Positions 11,137 through 24,375 of a stretch of DNA of 64,000 nt are shown here, in pieces. Every line of letters begins with the position of its first letter. The first letter of the stretch is position 1. Position numbers and translations under genes: made by a program. Source of the DNA: Felis catus (lineage: Eukaryota). Location of the stretch: NCBI RefSeq assembly GCF_018350175.1, contig NC_058368.1:218242001-218306000 (forward strand). Direction: 5' to 3'. Under the pieces are notes generated by a model. That model searched no databases. It was not told the origin of the DNA and saw only the letters and a list, made by a program, of their open reading frames with translations.

Positions 11137-11624
11137 TATATATATTCTCAATTAAATGGGCTTAACTTTAGGATTAAGGGATAAAAGGAAGATTCTTTTT
11201 GAAAGGGATAGCCTTTTTTTTTTGTAAGACTTTACATAAAAAACATGAAATTTTTACATTTTAAAATTTTACACAGGAACATTTGAAGTTTGTCCTCAAA
11301 GTCTCCTGAGGGACTCAACTCTGACTTTCCCAAGTCTCAGTGACAGGTGACCCCAGCTAAAGCATCTTGTACAGAATGTAGGATTGGTGAGATCACAATC
11401 CAGTGAGACCAGGGCCTGTTCCTCTCAGCCCTGCTCTTGGCTGGGTGGTGGGAGGGGGCACACTTTTTCATAGAGACACATTGAGATACTTGACCTTGAC
11501 CCTGGCCTGCCAAGTCTGTGTTCATGGGACACAGAAGCTCAGATAGGAGTGAGAGTGACAAGGCAGGACAAATTGTCACCTCTGCCAGAAACACCAAGAG
11601 TGATGTGGAAGACAAGGGAGACAC

Positions 11625-11785
11625 CGAGGGTTTCAATCCTTCTTCACTAGCAGTGGAACCTCCCTCAATCTACATTTTTAAATGTGTAAAATGGAGATTT
11701 TAATAATACACAGGTTTATCAAATGAGATAGTGTAGGTAAAACTGTTTTACAATTTGTCTAGTGCCATAAAAGTACAAGGAAACC
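11625..11785 (+). mobile_element. MIR fragment
   Basis: TGTAAAATGGAGATTTTAATAATA...AAATGAGATAGTGTAGGTAAAAC is the MIR core. Confidence 0.6.
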
Positions 11786-12226
11786 ATAAAAAAATAAAGA
11801 AAAGAAAAAATAGTTTCTAAAACGTTTTTAAATCTACAAATGGAGATACTATGAAAATATGCAATCTGGAGTATTTATACATTTTAATATGAAAAATGTT
11901 AGAATGGGGAATATACTCTACATAGCAAAATTTACTCTCAGTTTATGTGATACCTCTGTCTTCTAGGGAAAGTATATTCTCAATTAAAAAATATTATGCT
12001 TATAAAGAAGAGTCATTTGAAGGGGTCAAAGACTAAGAGTTGCAAATTCAAGAAGGTAATTATTTTAATTTAAACAGTTAACATATAAAGCCAGACTAAG
12101 AAAAGATTTTTCTTCCAGAAATTACCAGTGAAATATAGTATAGGTACATGAATGCTTGTCAAGAATATATGTACTGCTTATTTATTTTTAAGTGTTTCAT
12201 ATTTTATTTATAATATTTTTATTTGA

Positions 12227-12424
12227 GGGGCACCTGGGTGGCTCAGTCGGTTAAGCGTCTGACCTCGGCTCAGGTCATGATCTCATGGTTCATGAGTTCC
12301 AGCCCCGTGTCAAGCTCTGTGCTGACAGCTCAGAACCTGGAGCCTGCTTTGGTCTCCCTCTCTCTCTGCCCCTCCCCCACTCATGATCTGTCTCTGTCTC
12401 TCTTAAAAATAAACATTATAAAAG
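12227..12424 (+). mobile_element. Can-SINE
   Basis: GGGGCACCTGGGTGGCTCAGTCGGTTAAGCGTCTGAC...AATAAA. Confidence 0.95.
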
Positions 12425-12599
12425 AAATTTTTAAAAATTTGTATTTGATTTGTATATCATATTTGTAACTTAGCACCATAGAAAGTTTCCTTTTTACTTT
12501 ATTTAAATGTAAATGGGTTCCATGAGATAATAGAACCAATTTATTAATGATTTAGTTATTTCAAGTATTGTATAATTTTATTTTTTTTATTTTTTATTG

Positions 12600-13515
12600 T
12601 TCTTGTTCTCACTTTCCATATTTAGACAATTAATTTATGGCCCACATCTACTTATTACTTCCTGTTCATCAATTTCAGTCAACATCTTCTTCAGTCTAAT
12701 GCCTGAAGGGCTACTCCCATATGGATTATTTCTTCTACCAGTAGTATTAGGCAAGTCCTGCATTCTTGCCATGATAATTTTCTTCTGAAAGCAATAAGGG
12801 TAAATGGATTAAGATCACCAAGAAATGTATTTCTTATGTATTTCTTTCTTTTTTTAATGTTTATTTATTTTTGAGAGAGAGAGAGAGAGAGAACACAAGC
12901 AGGCTAGGGGCAGAGAGAGAGATACAGAATCTAAAGCAGGCTCCAGGCTCTGAGCTCTCAGCACAGAGCCCAACATGGGGCTCAAAGCCACCAACCACGA
13001 GATCATGATCTGAGCCAAAGTCCGATACTCAACTGACTGAGCCACCTAAGTGCTCCAAGGAATGTATTTCTTAAGGTTGGATCTTTTCTGAGTCTTCAGA
13101 CAAGAAGTAGCTGATCTCTAGCAAGTGGGTTGCAATGCTTTCTGCTCTCCTACAGTTCTAGAGAATCTAGAGAATTTACAGGTTTTAAGTGCATCCATTC
13201 AAAAATCTCCAACCCAAAAGTAATGGTCCTAAAACTTTCCATTTCAAGTCTTTAACCTTAGCATTGGAAACCTATCAAGTTTGTATATTTTGCTTTCTTT
13301 CCATCTGGATGTGATTTACTCCAGAATCTGATTCAGATGCAGGAGAGGAGGGTCTATTTTTCCAGACTTCTGCAAGTGAGTTCTTAGTCATTGTGGTGCC
13401 ACAGTAGGTCAGGGATTATTAACACCCACTTCAAAAGATTTTTCTTGCCATCTGACCAGTCATTTGACCCAGATAAAGAATTCTACACTGAAAGTCTGCT
13501 CTTTGGGGCCACTTT
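12600..13515 (-). mobile_element. Old ERVL internal sequence (ERV3-16A3_I-like 5' leader/gag), interrupted by a SINE
   Basis: Minus strand begins AAGTGGCCCCAAAGAGCAGACTTTCAGTGTAGAATT, like ERVL internal leaders; abuts an LTR16-like LTR. Confidence 0.5.
12842..13056 (-). mobile_element. Can-SINE
   Basis: Poly-T, (GA)n, SINE body; TSD CAAGAAATGTATTTCTTA/CAAGGAATGTATTTCTTA. Confidence 0.96.
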
Positions 13516-13522
13516 TAACACA

Positions 13523-13672
13523 AATTGTTAATTGGGATTTCTTCCAAAAGCCAAGCCTGGTACATGGGCCAGATAGTGTATTTGGGAGCAAAAAAGTATT
13601 TGGGAGTTTAGCCCAGGAGGAAGGAGTGAGGGACCAAGCAGAATAAGACAGAAAGGGAAAAAAGCCAATTTT
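13523..13672 (-). mobile_element. LTR16-like ERVL LTR fragment
   Basis: TTCTTCCAAAAGCCAAGCCTG...TATTTGGGAG...CCCAGGAGGAAGGAGTGAGGGA...AGACAGAAAGGGAAAAAGCCAAT. Confidence 0.6.
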
Positions 13673-13769
13673 GTTTATTAAGATAATTGTTTTAGTCAAT
13701 ATTTTACTTTTCATGTACCTCTAAAAATTTTAAAGTGTCTCTCAAATTGTTACTGTTAAAGCTTTTTGG

Positions 13770-14127
13770 TTGGGGCACTTAACCATTGGTGCGAATTCAC
13801 CAGTGTTGACTATCTGCACGCATGCAGGTACTTTCTTCCATGCAGCACCTAAGTGTATCTACCCAGAGAAGATGACAATCCCACCCCCAACCCCAACTAG
13901 CTCTCTAGCCATGATTGGCCTCCTCTATCACTGTCACCTGAAAAGCTCACATGGTTCTAGATTGCTATATATGAATCTGTTCTCTGGGTCTTGAGTAACT
14001 CCTGTCTTCCTTTTTTTCCTGTACTATAGAGGTGGTAGTGGCTTCTGTTGATAATATCTTGATTTGGGCATCATCTTGCTTGACCTTTGAATTTCCATTA
14101 CCTAAGGAACCAATTCCCTGCAATACA
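13770..14127 (+). mobile_element. LTR33-like ERVL LTR
   Basis: TAGAGGTGGTAGTGGCTTCTGTTG...CATCATCTTGCTTG...AACCAATTCCCTG resembles the LTR33 3' half. Confidence 0.5.
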
Positions 14128-14249
14128 TTTACCCACTATTATTGATTTTACACCCATTTCTCCACTTAAACGTCTCTTAGTAACAGCATTGATGTAACCC
14201 ATGTTCTCAAGCACTCATTATTCATTTGACTCATGTAGTTTGTATCAGC

Positions 14250-14690
14250 ATTTGATATTGTTTATCATAGCCTACTATTAAAACATTTTCTTTGCTTGCA
14301 CACACTAAACAAATTATTTCCATTGATATTTCTCCATATCAGTGTCTTTTACAGAATAAGTCTTTTCCATCCACCATTTAATGTTGACCTTTATCAAGAC
14401 TTAGTCCTGGATCTGATTTCCTTTCATTCTATAGCACTCCCACCCACATAGACAGCTTCAATTCCTTTCCATTGGCACAAGACTCACAGATTTGTACCTC
14501 CAGCCATAATTCCTTTAATTTATATTTTAATATTTAAATTTAATATTTAAATTTTCATTTATAATTTATATTCCTCTAATTTATATTAAAATTCTACTTT
14601 TATTTTTACTCAAATGCTTCAAAAAAAAACCCCTAAAATTAAACATGTGAACTATTTCTATTTCATAATACCTTCACCACAAATCTGCTT
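14250..14690 (+). mobile_element. L2 fragment
   Basis: GTCCTGGATCTGATTTCCTTTCATTCTATAGCACTCCC...GACTCACAGATTTGTACCTCCAGCC. Confidence 0.55.
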
Positions 14691-14949
14691 GAATTATGGT
14701 CGGAACCTAGTATCATAGAGTGGTTGATTTTGTTTCATGGAAATGGGTTGTTATTTTTTCTCTGACCTCAAAAACTTTGTCACATTAATAATTCCAATCC
14801 ATCTCCACCATGTATATAATCTAGAGATGGAAGCTCCACTTAATATGTTTTATTGTAAACTATAGACATAACTATTTCTCACAGATTTCTTGATAAACAT
14901 CAGTGAATGATTTGGATAGTGGACATGTATCAATCTAAAATTTTATTAT

Positions 14950-14981
14950 TTTTTAATTTTTATTTTTTTAATTTTTAATGT

Positions 14982-15016
<35 letters not shown>

Positions 15017-15216
15017 TTTTGAGAGAGAGAGAGAGAGAGCAAGATCACATGAGCAGGGGAGGAGCTGACAGGGGGAGAGAAAGAAAGAATCCTAAGCAGG
15101 TTCCACACTGCCAGCATAGAGCCCAACATGAGGCTTGAACCCACAAACTGTGAGATCATGACCTGAGTAGAAATCAAGAGTTGGATGTTTAACCAACTGA
15201 GCCTCCCAACAGCCCC
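14950..15216 (-). mobile_element. Can-SINE with (TTTA)n tail
   Basis: GAATCCTAAGCAGGTTCCACACTG...GATCATGACCTGAG; TSD about TAAAATTTTATTATT/TAAAATCTTATTATT. Confidence 0.95.
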
Positions 15217-17669
15217 TAAAATCTTATTATTATTTGGAAAGAGAAGGGCACAAATAATATCTTTTTAAATTTCCTATGAAAATAGAAAATGAAAAAAAAT
15301 GGGTTATTTTAAGTTAGCCGGCTTTTATGTTCCTTAGACTGTACTATGGAGATTAGAATTAAAGCACTTCAGATTATAAAGATTCATACCCCGTACCTAG
15401 TTTTGAGTTTCACATTTTATTGAATCCACTTTGTTTATTTGGAAAGAATGTGGATATTTAAGGTAGAAACATATGAACTAAATATTAACTACTATTATGT
15501 AGCTTTTGATTACTCTAAATAAACTTTTTAGGACAGTAGTTCCATTGGAAATAATATAAAAGATGTCTATATTAAAAACTAGACTTACTATGCATTAATT
15601 GCCTTCAAACTTAATAGAAGAGCTACAAACAGTAGTTATTGCTACTAATACTACTAATAATTTTATTTCTGGTTTTATCATGTTAGTTTTACTAATTTTT
15701 ACTTTCTACTCATGACTATACTACCAACATGTATAAACCTACTGTGTCTTCCTTTGAATTGAATTTGGAATACAAATGAAATTGATTTTATGTATATTAA
15801 TAACATAAAATTTATTTTTGCAATATTTTGTTGCCCATGAGAATTTTAAGACATTCTTAGTTGATACAAGTCAAAACATATTTCCCCTCCACATTAATTC
15901 TTGTGTTTTGGGTTTTTTTTCAATCATTGTTTTGTGATCCCACTGTATAAATCCATCATTAATAAAATAGAAACAAATGAATTAAATTTAAACTCTGGTA
16001 AGATGTATCATATACTTTACAGTTTCCCTAGAGGAAAGCTGTTAACCCTCCCTTTAATTCTAATTGTCCTATGAAAGATCATGGTAATTACAGAATTCCT
16101 GGCATGGCATTTATGCTGCCATTCATTGTGACGGATGTACGTTAATCAAGTTGTCAATTCCAAAATATATAAAGAGTATTTTAATATGTATTTGTTTTAA
16201 CAATTTCTTCTGCAGCAAGGTATAACATCATACAAATATTGCACTATAAAGTATTTGTCATGAATAATACAAAGTCATTTGTCTTTCAATCATAGCATAG
16301 ATTTGAAACAGAAAGGAATATGAAATTTTATGCAGATGAAGGCAATTCATACCACAATTGGGTTTCTTTGCACTATGATGTAGACACCACCCAAATATCT
16401 TCTTTCACTTGTGAAGCTAAGTCTGTAGAAAGCTGCCCCTAGGAGAGGGAGTAGTATTCATGGATTACTCTGTAATGGGAAGTGGCAGCTTCCCATTGTG
16501 TCAAATTTCCTACTGACACGTTATTCCAATAGTTATCTTCTGTGACTCTCAATACAAACTATTAGTACAGATTGTTAACTATAGTGTCCTGCTATTGTGC
16601 TGAGTCTAGATTCATAGAGAATTACTGAATATTCAAAACCATGACCGCTATTTAATTTAGGACAGTGCTATGGGAGTAGCAAACTTAATATAACATAGCA
16701 TCAGGGTTAGTTTTTGACTTTTCTATATCTTAGTGCTGCTTTTCTAAGTATCCGAAAAAAGAGTAGAGAATTTTTGCTTTTTACCTAGACTGTTGCACAC
16801 TTGAACTATATTCTACTCCATTCTAAGACATTTTATGCATGATTTCCCAGTTATACTATCTACTTTAGCAATTTAATTGTATTAATTCCCCAATGTAAGC
16901 ACTGACAATGACTTCGTCTTTTCTGGGTTTGTGGATTATGGAATATCAGTGAGAAATTAGCAGAGAGCTTAACCAGCACAGATCAAAGCTTAGAAGTACC
17001 AAAATAGCAAAAGATTTGTCTGAAGTTACACAGCTGAAAAATGAGAGACTCAGACCTTGATTTATATGATTATGAAAGCATTATTAGTTTCGCCTATTAT
17101 TCTGCCTTAAACTACTGTATAAATGGCATTTGTTTAGTCTTCAACTCAATCTGATACACTTTCTCTATCTAAATTAGTTCATTTTATTGTAATAAGAAAT
17201 TTCTTTTCTAATCATATTATATTCTTCATTTTATCCTTTCATACTTTGGCTGTCTACATGATGGGTTTTTTCCTTATACTCCCACAGAATACCACCTTCA
17301 GTGCCTAAAACATTGTATTTCCTCAGTAACTATTTAAAGATTGTGTGGATATACAAATAAATACTTCTAGTATTCCTTTTAAAAAATGTAACTCCAGCAG
17401 ACCCACCAGTATGAGCACTCAGCAATCTTATGTTTAGACTTAATTCTAATGTTCTAGTGCTGGCAGAAAGTGTAATATATGTTTTAATTTTACATGCACT
17501 GTGTAAACCTTTTTCTTCCCCTTGGAATTACTAAATTAAATTCCTTATCCAGTCAAATTTGAATACAAGAGTTAAATACGAACTAGGTCTTACAATGAAA
17601 ATGAACCTCATATTATGGGACAATTTAAAGGTGAAGGAAAGACTGCAGTGAATAAAAAAATATATTTTT

Positions 17670-17877
17670 AAAATTTATTTATTTATTGTGGGAGAGAGAC
17701 AGACAGAGCATGAGTCAGGGAGGGACAGAGAGAAAGGGAGAGAGAATCCCAAGCAGTCTTTACTACGTCAGCGTAAGGAGTCTGTCGTGAGGCTTGATCT
17801 TGTGAAACTGCGAGATCGTAACCTGAGCTGAAATCAAGAGTTGGATGCTTAACCGACTGAGTCACCCAGGCGTCTCC
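17670..17877 (-). mobile_element. Can-SINE
   Basis: GAGAATCCCAAGCAG...ACCTGAGCTGAAATCAAGAGTTGGATGCTTAACCGACTGAGTCACCCAGGCGTCTCC. Confidence 0.95.
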
Positions 17878-19099
17878 AAAATATTTTTTTTTTTCAAACA
17901 AATTTCCTCAGGTTAGACATAGTTTCATTTAACCTCTACATGTGCCCTGTTTCACAACAAGAATTAAATTTCTGTGAGGGATAAACTAAAAAATCAATTT
18001 TAATATTTATGTTGGCTCAAGAAGTGAAAAATGTCAAGCATTACTGTTCTCCAAAGTAGACAAGTTATGAAAATGTTTTTTTCTGGGTCTAGAATGTAAA
18101 AATAGTGTTCTATGATCAGTCTTAAATTATTCTGACAAAACACAAAATTGAAGTTGTCCCCACAATAAGTTCTGAAACACAATCTATACAATAACAGTTA
18201 AATACATAAACACAGGAGGTTTTCTAATTTATACTGGAGTCATCAATTCAAATTGAACAGGAAGATACTCAAATTCTACTAAAAGAAGGCACTATAGCTA
18301 GTATATAGTGTTTCAAGCATAATTTAAAGTTAATTTGAAATAATATCAATCTAGAGAAAATAGAGTGAAATATTTATATGAGTGGTAATGTTCAGAAATA
18401 AGGACTGTAGAACGTTCCCCCTCTTCCTCCCAGGCCACTGCCCTCCAGAAACTATGAGTTATCTTTCAATGTTACATAATCTATCTGGCTCTTGTTGCCT
18501 CACTTATAACATACGGATAAAATCCCATTTTTGTCTGAGTCTTTGAGGACTAGAACAAATGGCTTTGTTAGAGATCCTTGCTAACTTCAAAATCACTGAT
18601 TCTTTAGTTAAATTTATGCCTGCTAAGAAAAACGATTTTAAGCTAACTTTTATATACTCTATTTTATTGTCAAGTATTTTTTAAATACCATTTTTAAAAA
18701 TACAGTTTTTAAAAGTTATATTTATTTGTTTACTTATTATTTATTTCCAGATACCTTTCACTAAAGCTTTTAGAATGCATACTGAGTTGAAGTTTTTCAA
18801 CAAAACATTGAAAATCTTCATGACAATTCTAATTTAAAATTATTTTGCTATATTATATAAATAAAGTTTTGAATTATGACAAAAACATGTAAGTTCTACC
18901 AAATATAAATGTTGCTTCATTTTTTTAGTGGAGGAGCAATAGAAGAATTTCTTTCTTTCTTCCATTTATTTAGAAGGAAATGAGAAAGAATTATTTTTAA
19001 GAAATTTCTATAGTAGAAAGGTATGATTTATGTTGTGTATAGGACACTTAAGGGAGAAAGAGTAAGGAGGAAAGAAAAACCAAAGTATTGCATCCAATG

Positions 19100-21312
19100 C
19101 AGGCATATCTAGAGGCGTTGTGGATTTGGTTCCAGATCACCACGATAAAGTGAATATTGCAATAAGGCAAATATGTCAATAAAGAGAGTCAAATGGATTT
19201 TTGGTTTCTTTAGTGCATTCAAGAGTTATGTTTACACTTGACTATAATTTATTAAGTGTGCAATAGCATTATGTCTAAAAAGTACATACCTTGATTAAAA
19301 AATGTTTTATTGCTAACTATTACTATCATCTGAGCTTTCATCCAGTTGTAATCTTTCTGCTGATGGAGGGTCTTGTCTCGATGTTGACAGCTGCTGACTG
19401 ATCACAGTGGTGGTTGCTGAAGGTTGGGGTGATTATGACAATTTCTTAAAAGAAGACAACAATAAAATTTGCCACATTGCTTGACTCTTCCTTTCACGCG
19501 TGATTTCTTTGTAGCATGTAACATTGTTTGATAGCATTTTACCCACAGTAGAACATCTTTCAAAATTGGAGTCAGTGCTCTCAAACTGTGCCACTGCCAC
19601 TGTGCTAAGTTTATGAAGTATTCTAAATCTTTTGTTTTCATTTCAACAATCTTCAGAGCGTCTTTACCAGAAGTAGATTCCATCTCAGGAAACCAATTTC
19701 TTTGTTCATCCATAAGAAGCAACTCTTTATCCACTCAAGTTTTATCATAAGATTGCAGCAACTCAGGCATAGCTTCTAATTGTAGTCTCTTGCTCTTTCT
19801 ACCACATCCACTGAAGTCGAACCCCTCAAAGACATGCATGAGGGTTGAAATCAACCTCTTCCAAATTCCCGTTAATGTTGGTATTTTGACCTTTTCCTAT
19901 GAATCATAAATGTTCTTAATGGGATATAGAATGGTCAATCATTTCCAGAAGGTTTTCAATTTACTTTGTGCAGATGCATCCAAGGAATCACTATCTATGC
20001 CAGCTATAACCTAACACAATGCACTTCTTAAATAATAAGACTTGAAAGTCACAATTATATAATCCCTGAGCTGCAGAATGGACATTGTGTTAGCAGGCTT
20101 GAAAACAACATTAATCTTGTTGTACATCTCCAACAGAGCTCTTAGGTGATCAGGTGCATTGCCAATGCTTTGAAAGGATTTTTTTTTCTCTGAGCAATAG
20201 GAGTCAATAATTGGCTTAAAATATTCAGTAAACCATGTTGTAAACAGATGGACTGTCATCCAGGCTTTGTTATACCATTTATAGAACATGAACAGAATAG
20301 AATACCATAATTCTTAAGGGGTCCTTGAAGTTTCAGAATGGTAAATGAGCATTGTTTTCAACTTAAAATCACCACCTTATTAGCCCCAAACAAGAGAGTC
20401 ACCAGTTCTTTATTGCTCTGAAACTAGGCATTGACTTCTCTCCAGCTATAAAGTCCTGGAGGGCATCTTCTTCCAAAACTCCTTTTTCAGAATGTTGAAA
20501 ATCTGTTGTTTAGTGTATCAACTTTTATTAATTATCTGAGTAGGTCTTCTGGATAACCTGCTTCAGCTTCTACATCAGCACTTGCTGCTTTATCTTGCAC
20601 TTTATGTTATAGAGAAGCCTTCTCATGAACCAATGTCTGCCACTTTCAAATTTCTCTTCTGCAGGTTCATTACTTCTCTCAGCCTTCATATAATTGAAGA
20701 GAGTTAGGGTCTGGCTCTGGATTAGGCTTTAGCTAAAGGAAATGTTATGGCTGGTTTGACCTTCTATCTAGACCACTAAACCTTCTCCTGTATCAGCAAT
20801 TAGGCTGTTTCACTTTCCTATCATTTATGTGTTCACTGGAGTAGTACTTTTAATTTCCTTTAAGAACTTTTCCTTTACATTCACAACTTGGCCAATTGGT
20901 GCAAGAGGTCTAGCTTATGTCTTGTCTTGGCTCTTGACATATCTCCCACACAGCTAATCATTTCTAGTTTTTGATGTAAAGTGACAGTCATGAGACTCTT
21001 TGTTTCACTTGGACACTTAGAGGCCTTTGTAGGGTTATTAACTGGCCTAATTTCAATATTGTTGTGTCACAATAGTAACATCAAAGATTACTGATCACAG
21101 ATAACCATAACAAATTCAATAATAATGACAAAGTTTAAAATATTTGGAAATTGTGAGCATTTCCAAAATGTGACATGCAGACATAAAGTAAGCAAATGCT
21201 GTTGGAAAAAATGGCATTGACAGACTTGCTCAATGCAGGGTTGCCACAAACCCTCAATTTGCAAACAATGAAATTATCTGCAAAGTGCAAGGGAGCCAAG
21301 TGCAATAAAATA
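19100..21312 (-). mobile_element. Tigger1 (TcMar-Tigger) near full-length DNA transposon with decayed transposase
   Basis: Terminus CAGGCATATCT...GGTTCCAGATCACCACGATAAAG; ORFs 19402-19734 ([32 protein letters not shown]) and 20011-20289 (WYNKAWMTVHLFTTWFTEYFKP..YCSEKK) match Tigger1/TIGD1-type transposase. Confidence 0.95.
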
Positions 21313-21664
21313 GTCAAATAGATAAGAACAAAACAAGAAAACAGAAATTTAAGGGAAATGTAACTCATGTTGATCTTCATTCTTTTATAGTCTCAATAGA
21401 CATGATTTTCTGAAATCACAGATAAATCTGTAATGATATTTGCAAATGAAACATTCTTCATGTATCTGTTCTTTACAGCACCATGGATATTACCTTTAGT
21501 AATTTTATATAAATAGCTTTACTATAAGCATAAATTATTTTTTCATGGTTTTTTATAACAAGATGACACATTTGAATATATATGTGTATACATAAATAAT
21601 AAATACACAAATACATATATTTACTAAATATTTGCATATATTTAGCATTTATGGATTTGTTTTT

Positions 21665-21990
21665 CATTTCAGGTGGAGAATTTAGTGACATATCACTGTC
21701 AGTATATCACTGACATACAACACGTTGTGCTCATCACAATAGCCCTCCTTAATGCCCATCATCAATTTAACCCATCTCCCTGCCCACCTCCCCTCTAGCA
21801 ACCCTCAGTTTGTTCTCTATAGTTAAGAGTCTGTTTTCTTGTTTCCCTGTCTCTCTCTTTTTTCCCTTCTATGCTCATCTGTTTTGTTCTTTAAATTAAA
21901 CGTATGGGTGAAATCATATGGTATTTGTATCTCTCTGACTTATCGCTTAGCATAATATACTCGAGTTCAATCAATGTTGTTACAAATCTT
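21665..21990 (-). mobile_element. Carnivore L1 3' end (L1_Carn-like)
   Basis: GAATTTAGTGA...GCCCTCCTTAATGCCCATCA...CCCTCTAGCAACCCTCAGTTTGTTCTCTATAGTTAAGAGTC. Confidence 0.88.
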
Positions 21991-21999
21991 TGCAGGATA

Positions 22000-22204
22000 T
22001 ATTTTTTAAAATTCTTTTTAAATTTTATTTTTTATTTTGAGAGAGAGAGAGAGAGAATGAGAGAGGAAGAGAGAAAATCCCAAGCAGGCTCCACCCTGTC
22101 AGCACAGAGCCTGATGCAGGGCTCAAACTCAGGAAGCATGAGATCATGACCTGAGCTGAAATCAAAAGTCAGATGCTTAATTGACTGAGCCACGCAGGCA
22201 CCCC
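22000..22204 (-). mobile_element. Can-SINE
   Basis: ATCCCAAGCAGGCTCCACCCTGTCAGCACAGAGCC...GAGCCACGCAGGCACCCC. Confidence 0.95.
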
Positions 22205-22224
22205 ACTTGCATGGTTTTTAAAAT

Positions 22225-22440
22225 AATGAATTTTGGAACCAGATTGCTAAAGGTGAAATCTGAGTTGCATCACTTACAATTTCCTCACTTGAAAATTAAT
22301 AATAAAAACAGTGCATTCCTGCCTAATCATAAAGGGAATGTGAGGGTAAAATGTATGTATACATACACACATCACACCACATCACATAAATACGTCTTAT
22401 TTGGAATACTGTCTGGTGAGTATAAGCGCTATAAAATGTG
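22225..22440 (+). mobile_element. MIR fragment
   Basis: TTTGGAACCAGATTGC...TTTCCTCACTTGAAAAT...TGTGAGGGTAAAATG...GAATACTGTCTGG...TAAGCGCT. Confidence 0.6.
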
Positions 22441-23451
22441 TTATTATATTCTATATTTCTATCAACTGAGATATTATTCCTCAGAAAAATATAAAAGTAA
22501 TATATTGTTTAAGTTTGGTTTAAAATAAAACTTATTATATGATTATGGCTAATTAAAAGAGAAGACCTATATTTAGATACACGAAAGTAATTGAAAGCAT
22601 GTTTATGTCAACACCATTTTTGTTTAGACAGAGGCAATATCACAGGAGTTTGAATTCACAAAGTTAATACAAAATTAGTTCATGATGACATAACCATTGT
22701 GATGCCTCATTGTCTTGATATTATTTTGTTGTTAAAATTGCTTTCATTTTCTTATACACAACTCTGAATATGAGATAGAATAATTTTAGTTTCTGATTAT
22801 TCTAAAAGTAAATCCTAAAATGCTATGGGCATTTTAATTAAATTTTCTGAATAGTAATGCAAAGTTTATGATTTCCCCCCCAAGAATTACATAATCAATC
22901 ACAGTTATACTTACATTGTTTAATGTACAAGTGAAATTCTAATATTAGTATTAGAGGACTATGCACTGTGGTGCTATCTTTGAGTACATAGATTTCTAAG
23001 TCTTTCAAATTAATAGTATTTGTTTCTGTTAACAATAAAGCCTTCCTCCTCTTTATTTCTAAATACTTGGATAATGAGTGTACAGAAATAGAAATAAAGA
23101 TACAATTTAGATAGAGATAAATATAGACATAGAAATAGGGATCAGGACAGGGATAGAGATATATATGTAGTACCCAAAACAGCAACATGTCTCATTTTAC
23201 TTCCCATCTTGTTTATATTAAATCTCTTTTTGGACCATTATTTGATGAGTCAATTTTAATGAAATCTCCATGATTCTGAAAATCTTTAGATGATGATGAT
23301 GATGTGTATTTTGCTGGTCAAGTTATGTAAGTACAGAGGGACCCTGAATCTTATGATCCAATATTATATAAAATTACTTGAGGTAAAATGCTAAGAACAT
23401 ATCAGCCAGGTATAGGACAATAAGTTATGTTGTCTTTCTCATGTTGGTTTT

Positions 23452-23925
23452 CTGTTAGTTTCCCAGGGCTTCCATAACAAATTACCAATAGCTTGGTGAT
23501 GTAAAACAACAGATATTTACTGTTTTATAGTTCTGGAGACTAGAAGTACAAAATCAAGGAGACAGCAGGGTCATGCACCCTCTGTGATTTGTAGAGGATG
23601 TCTTCTTCTTTGCCTCTTACAGTTTCTAGTTGCCCCAGACATTTCTTGGGTTGTAGCAGCATAATTTTAATCTTTGCCTTCAGCTTCACATGGTGTTTTT
23701 CCTGTATCTCTTCACATTGCCTTCTTTCTATTTGTGTCTGTTCTCTGTCTAAATGTCCACCTTTAGGAAGGACACCAGGCATATAGAATTATGGCCTACC
23801 CTAATAACCTAATTTTAACCTGATTACCTCTGTAAAGATCCTATGTCCATATAAGGTCACATTTTGAGGTACTGTGATTCAGACTTCAACATATCTTATT
23901 GGGGGATAGGATTCAACCCATAACA
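23452..23925 (-). mobile_element. MaLR solo LTR (MLT1C-like)
   Basis: TTAGTTTCCCAGGGCTTCCATAACAAATTACC...GTTCTGGAGACTAGAAGTACAAAATCAAGG...TAAGGTCACATTTTGAGGTACT...TTCAACCCATAACA. Confidence 0.88.
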
Positions 23926-24146
23926 GGCTACAGTGTTCATATAAGAGGGTCTTTTTCTTCCCAAATAACTGGATCTGGTCAGTTAAACATTTACATTTGA
24001 AGCAGAAGGCACGGAGTGGAGTCTTTGTTAAGAGCATGAAACATGGTAAATCCTCAATACATATTTGTTGAGTGAATGAATTAATCAGCTTAAGGAGTAA
24101 ATATTACAAAGAAGTAAAGCAAAGGAGCAACTATTTACAGTGTTTT

Positions 24147-24375
24147 GGGGTGCCTGGGTGGCTCAGTCAAACATCCAACTTCAGCTCAGGTCATGTTCTC
24201 ACAGTTTGTGGGTTTAAGCCCTGCATTAGGCTCTGTGCTGACAGCTCAGAGCCTGGAGCCTGCTTTGGAGTCTGTGTCTCCCGCTCTCTCTCTCTGCCCC
24301 TCCCCCGCTCACATTCTTTCTCTCTCTCTCTCTCTCTCTCTCTCAAAAATAAATAAGCATTAAAAAAATAAAAAA
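24147..24375 (+). mobile_element. Can-SINE
   Basis: GGGGTGCCTGGGTGGCTCAGTC...(CT)n, AATAAA, poly-A. Confidence 0.95.
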
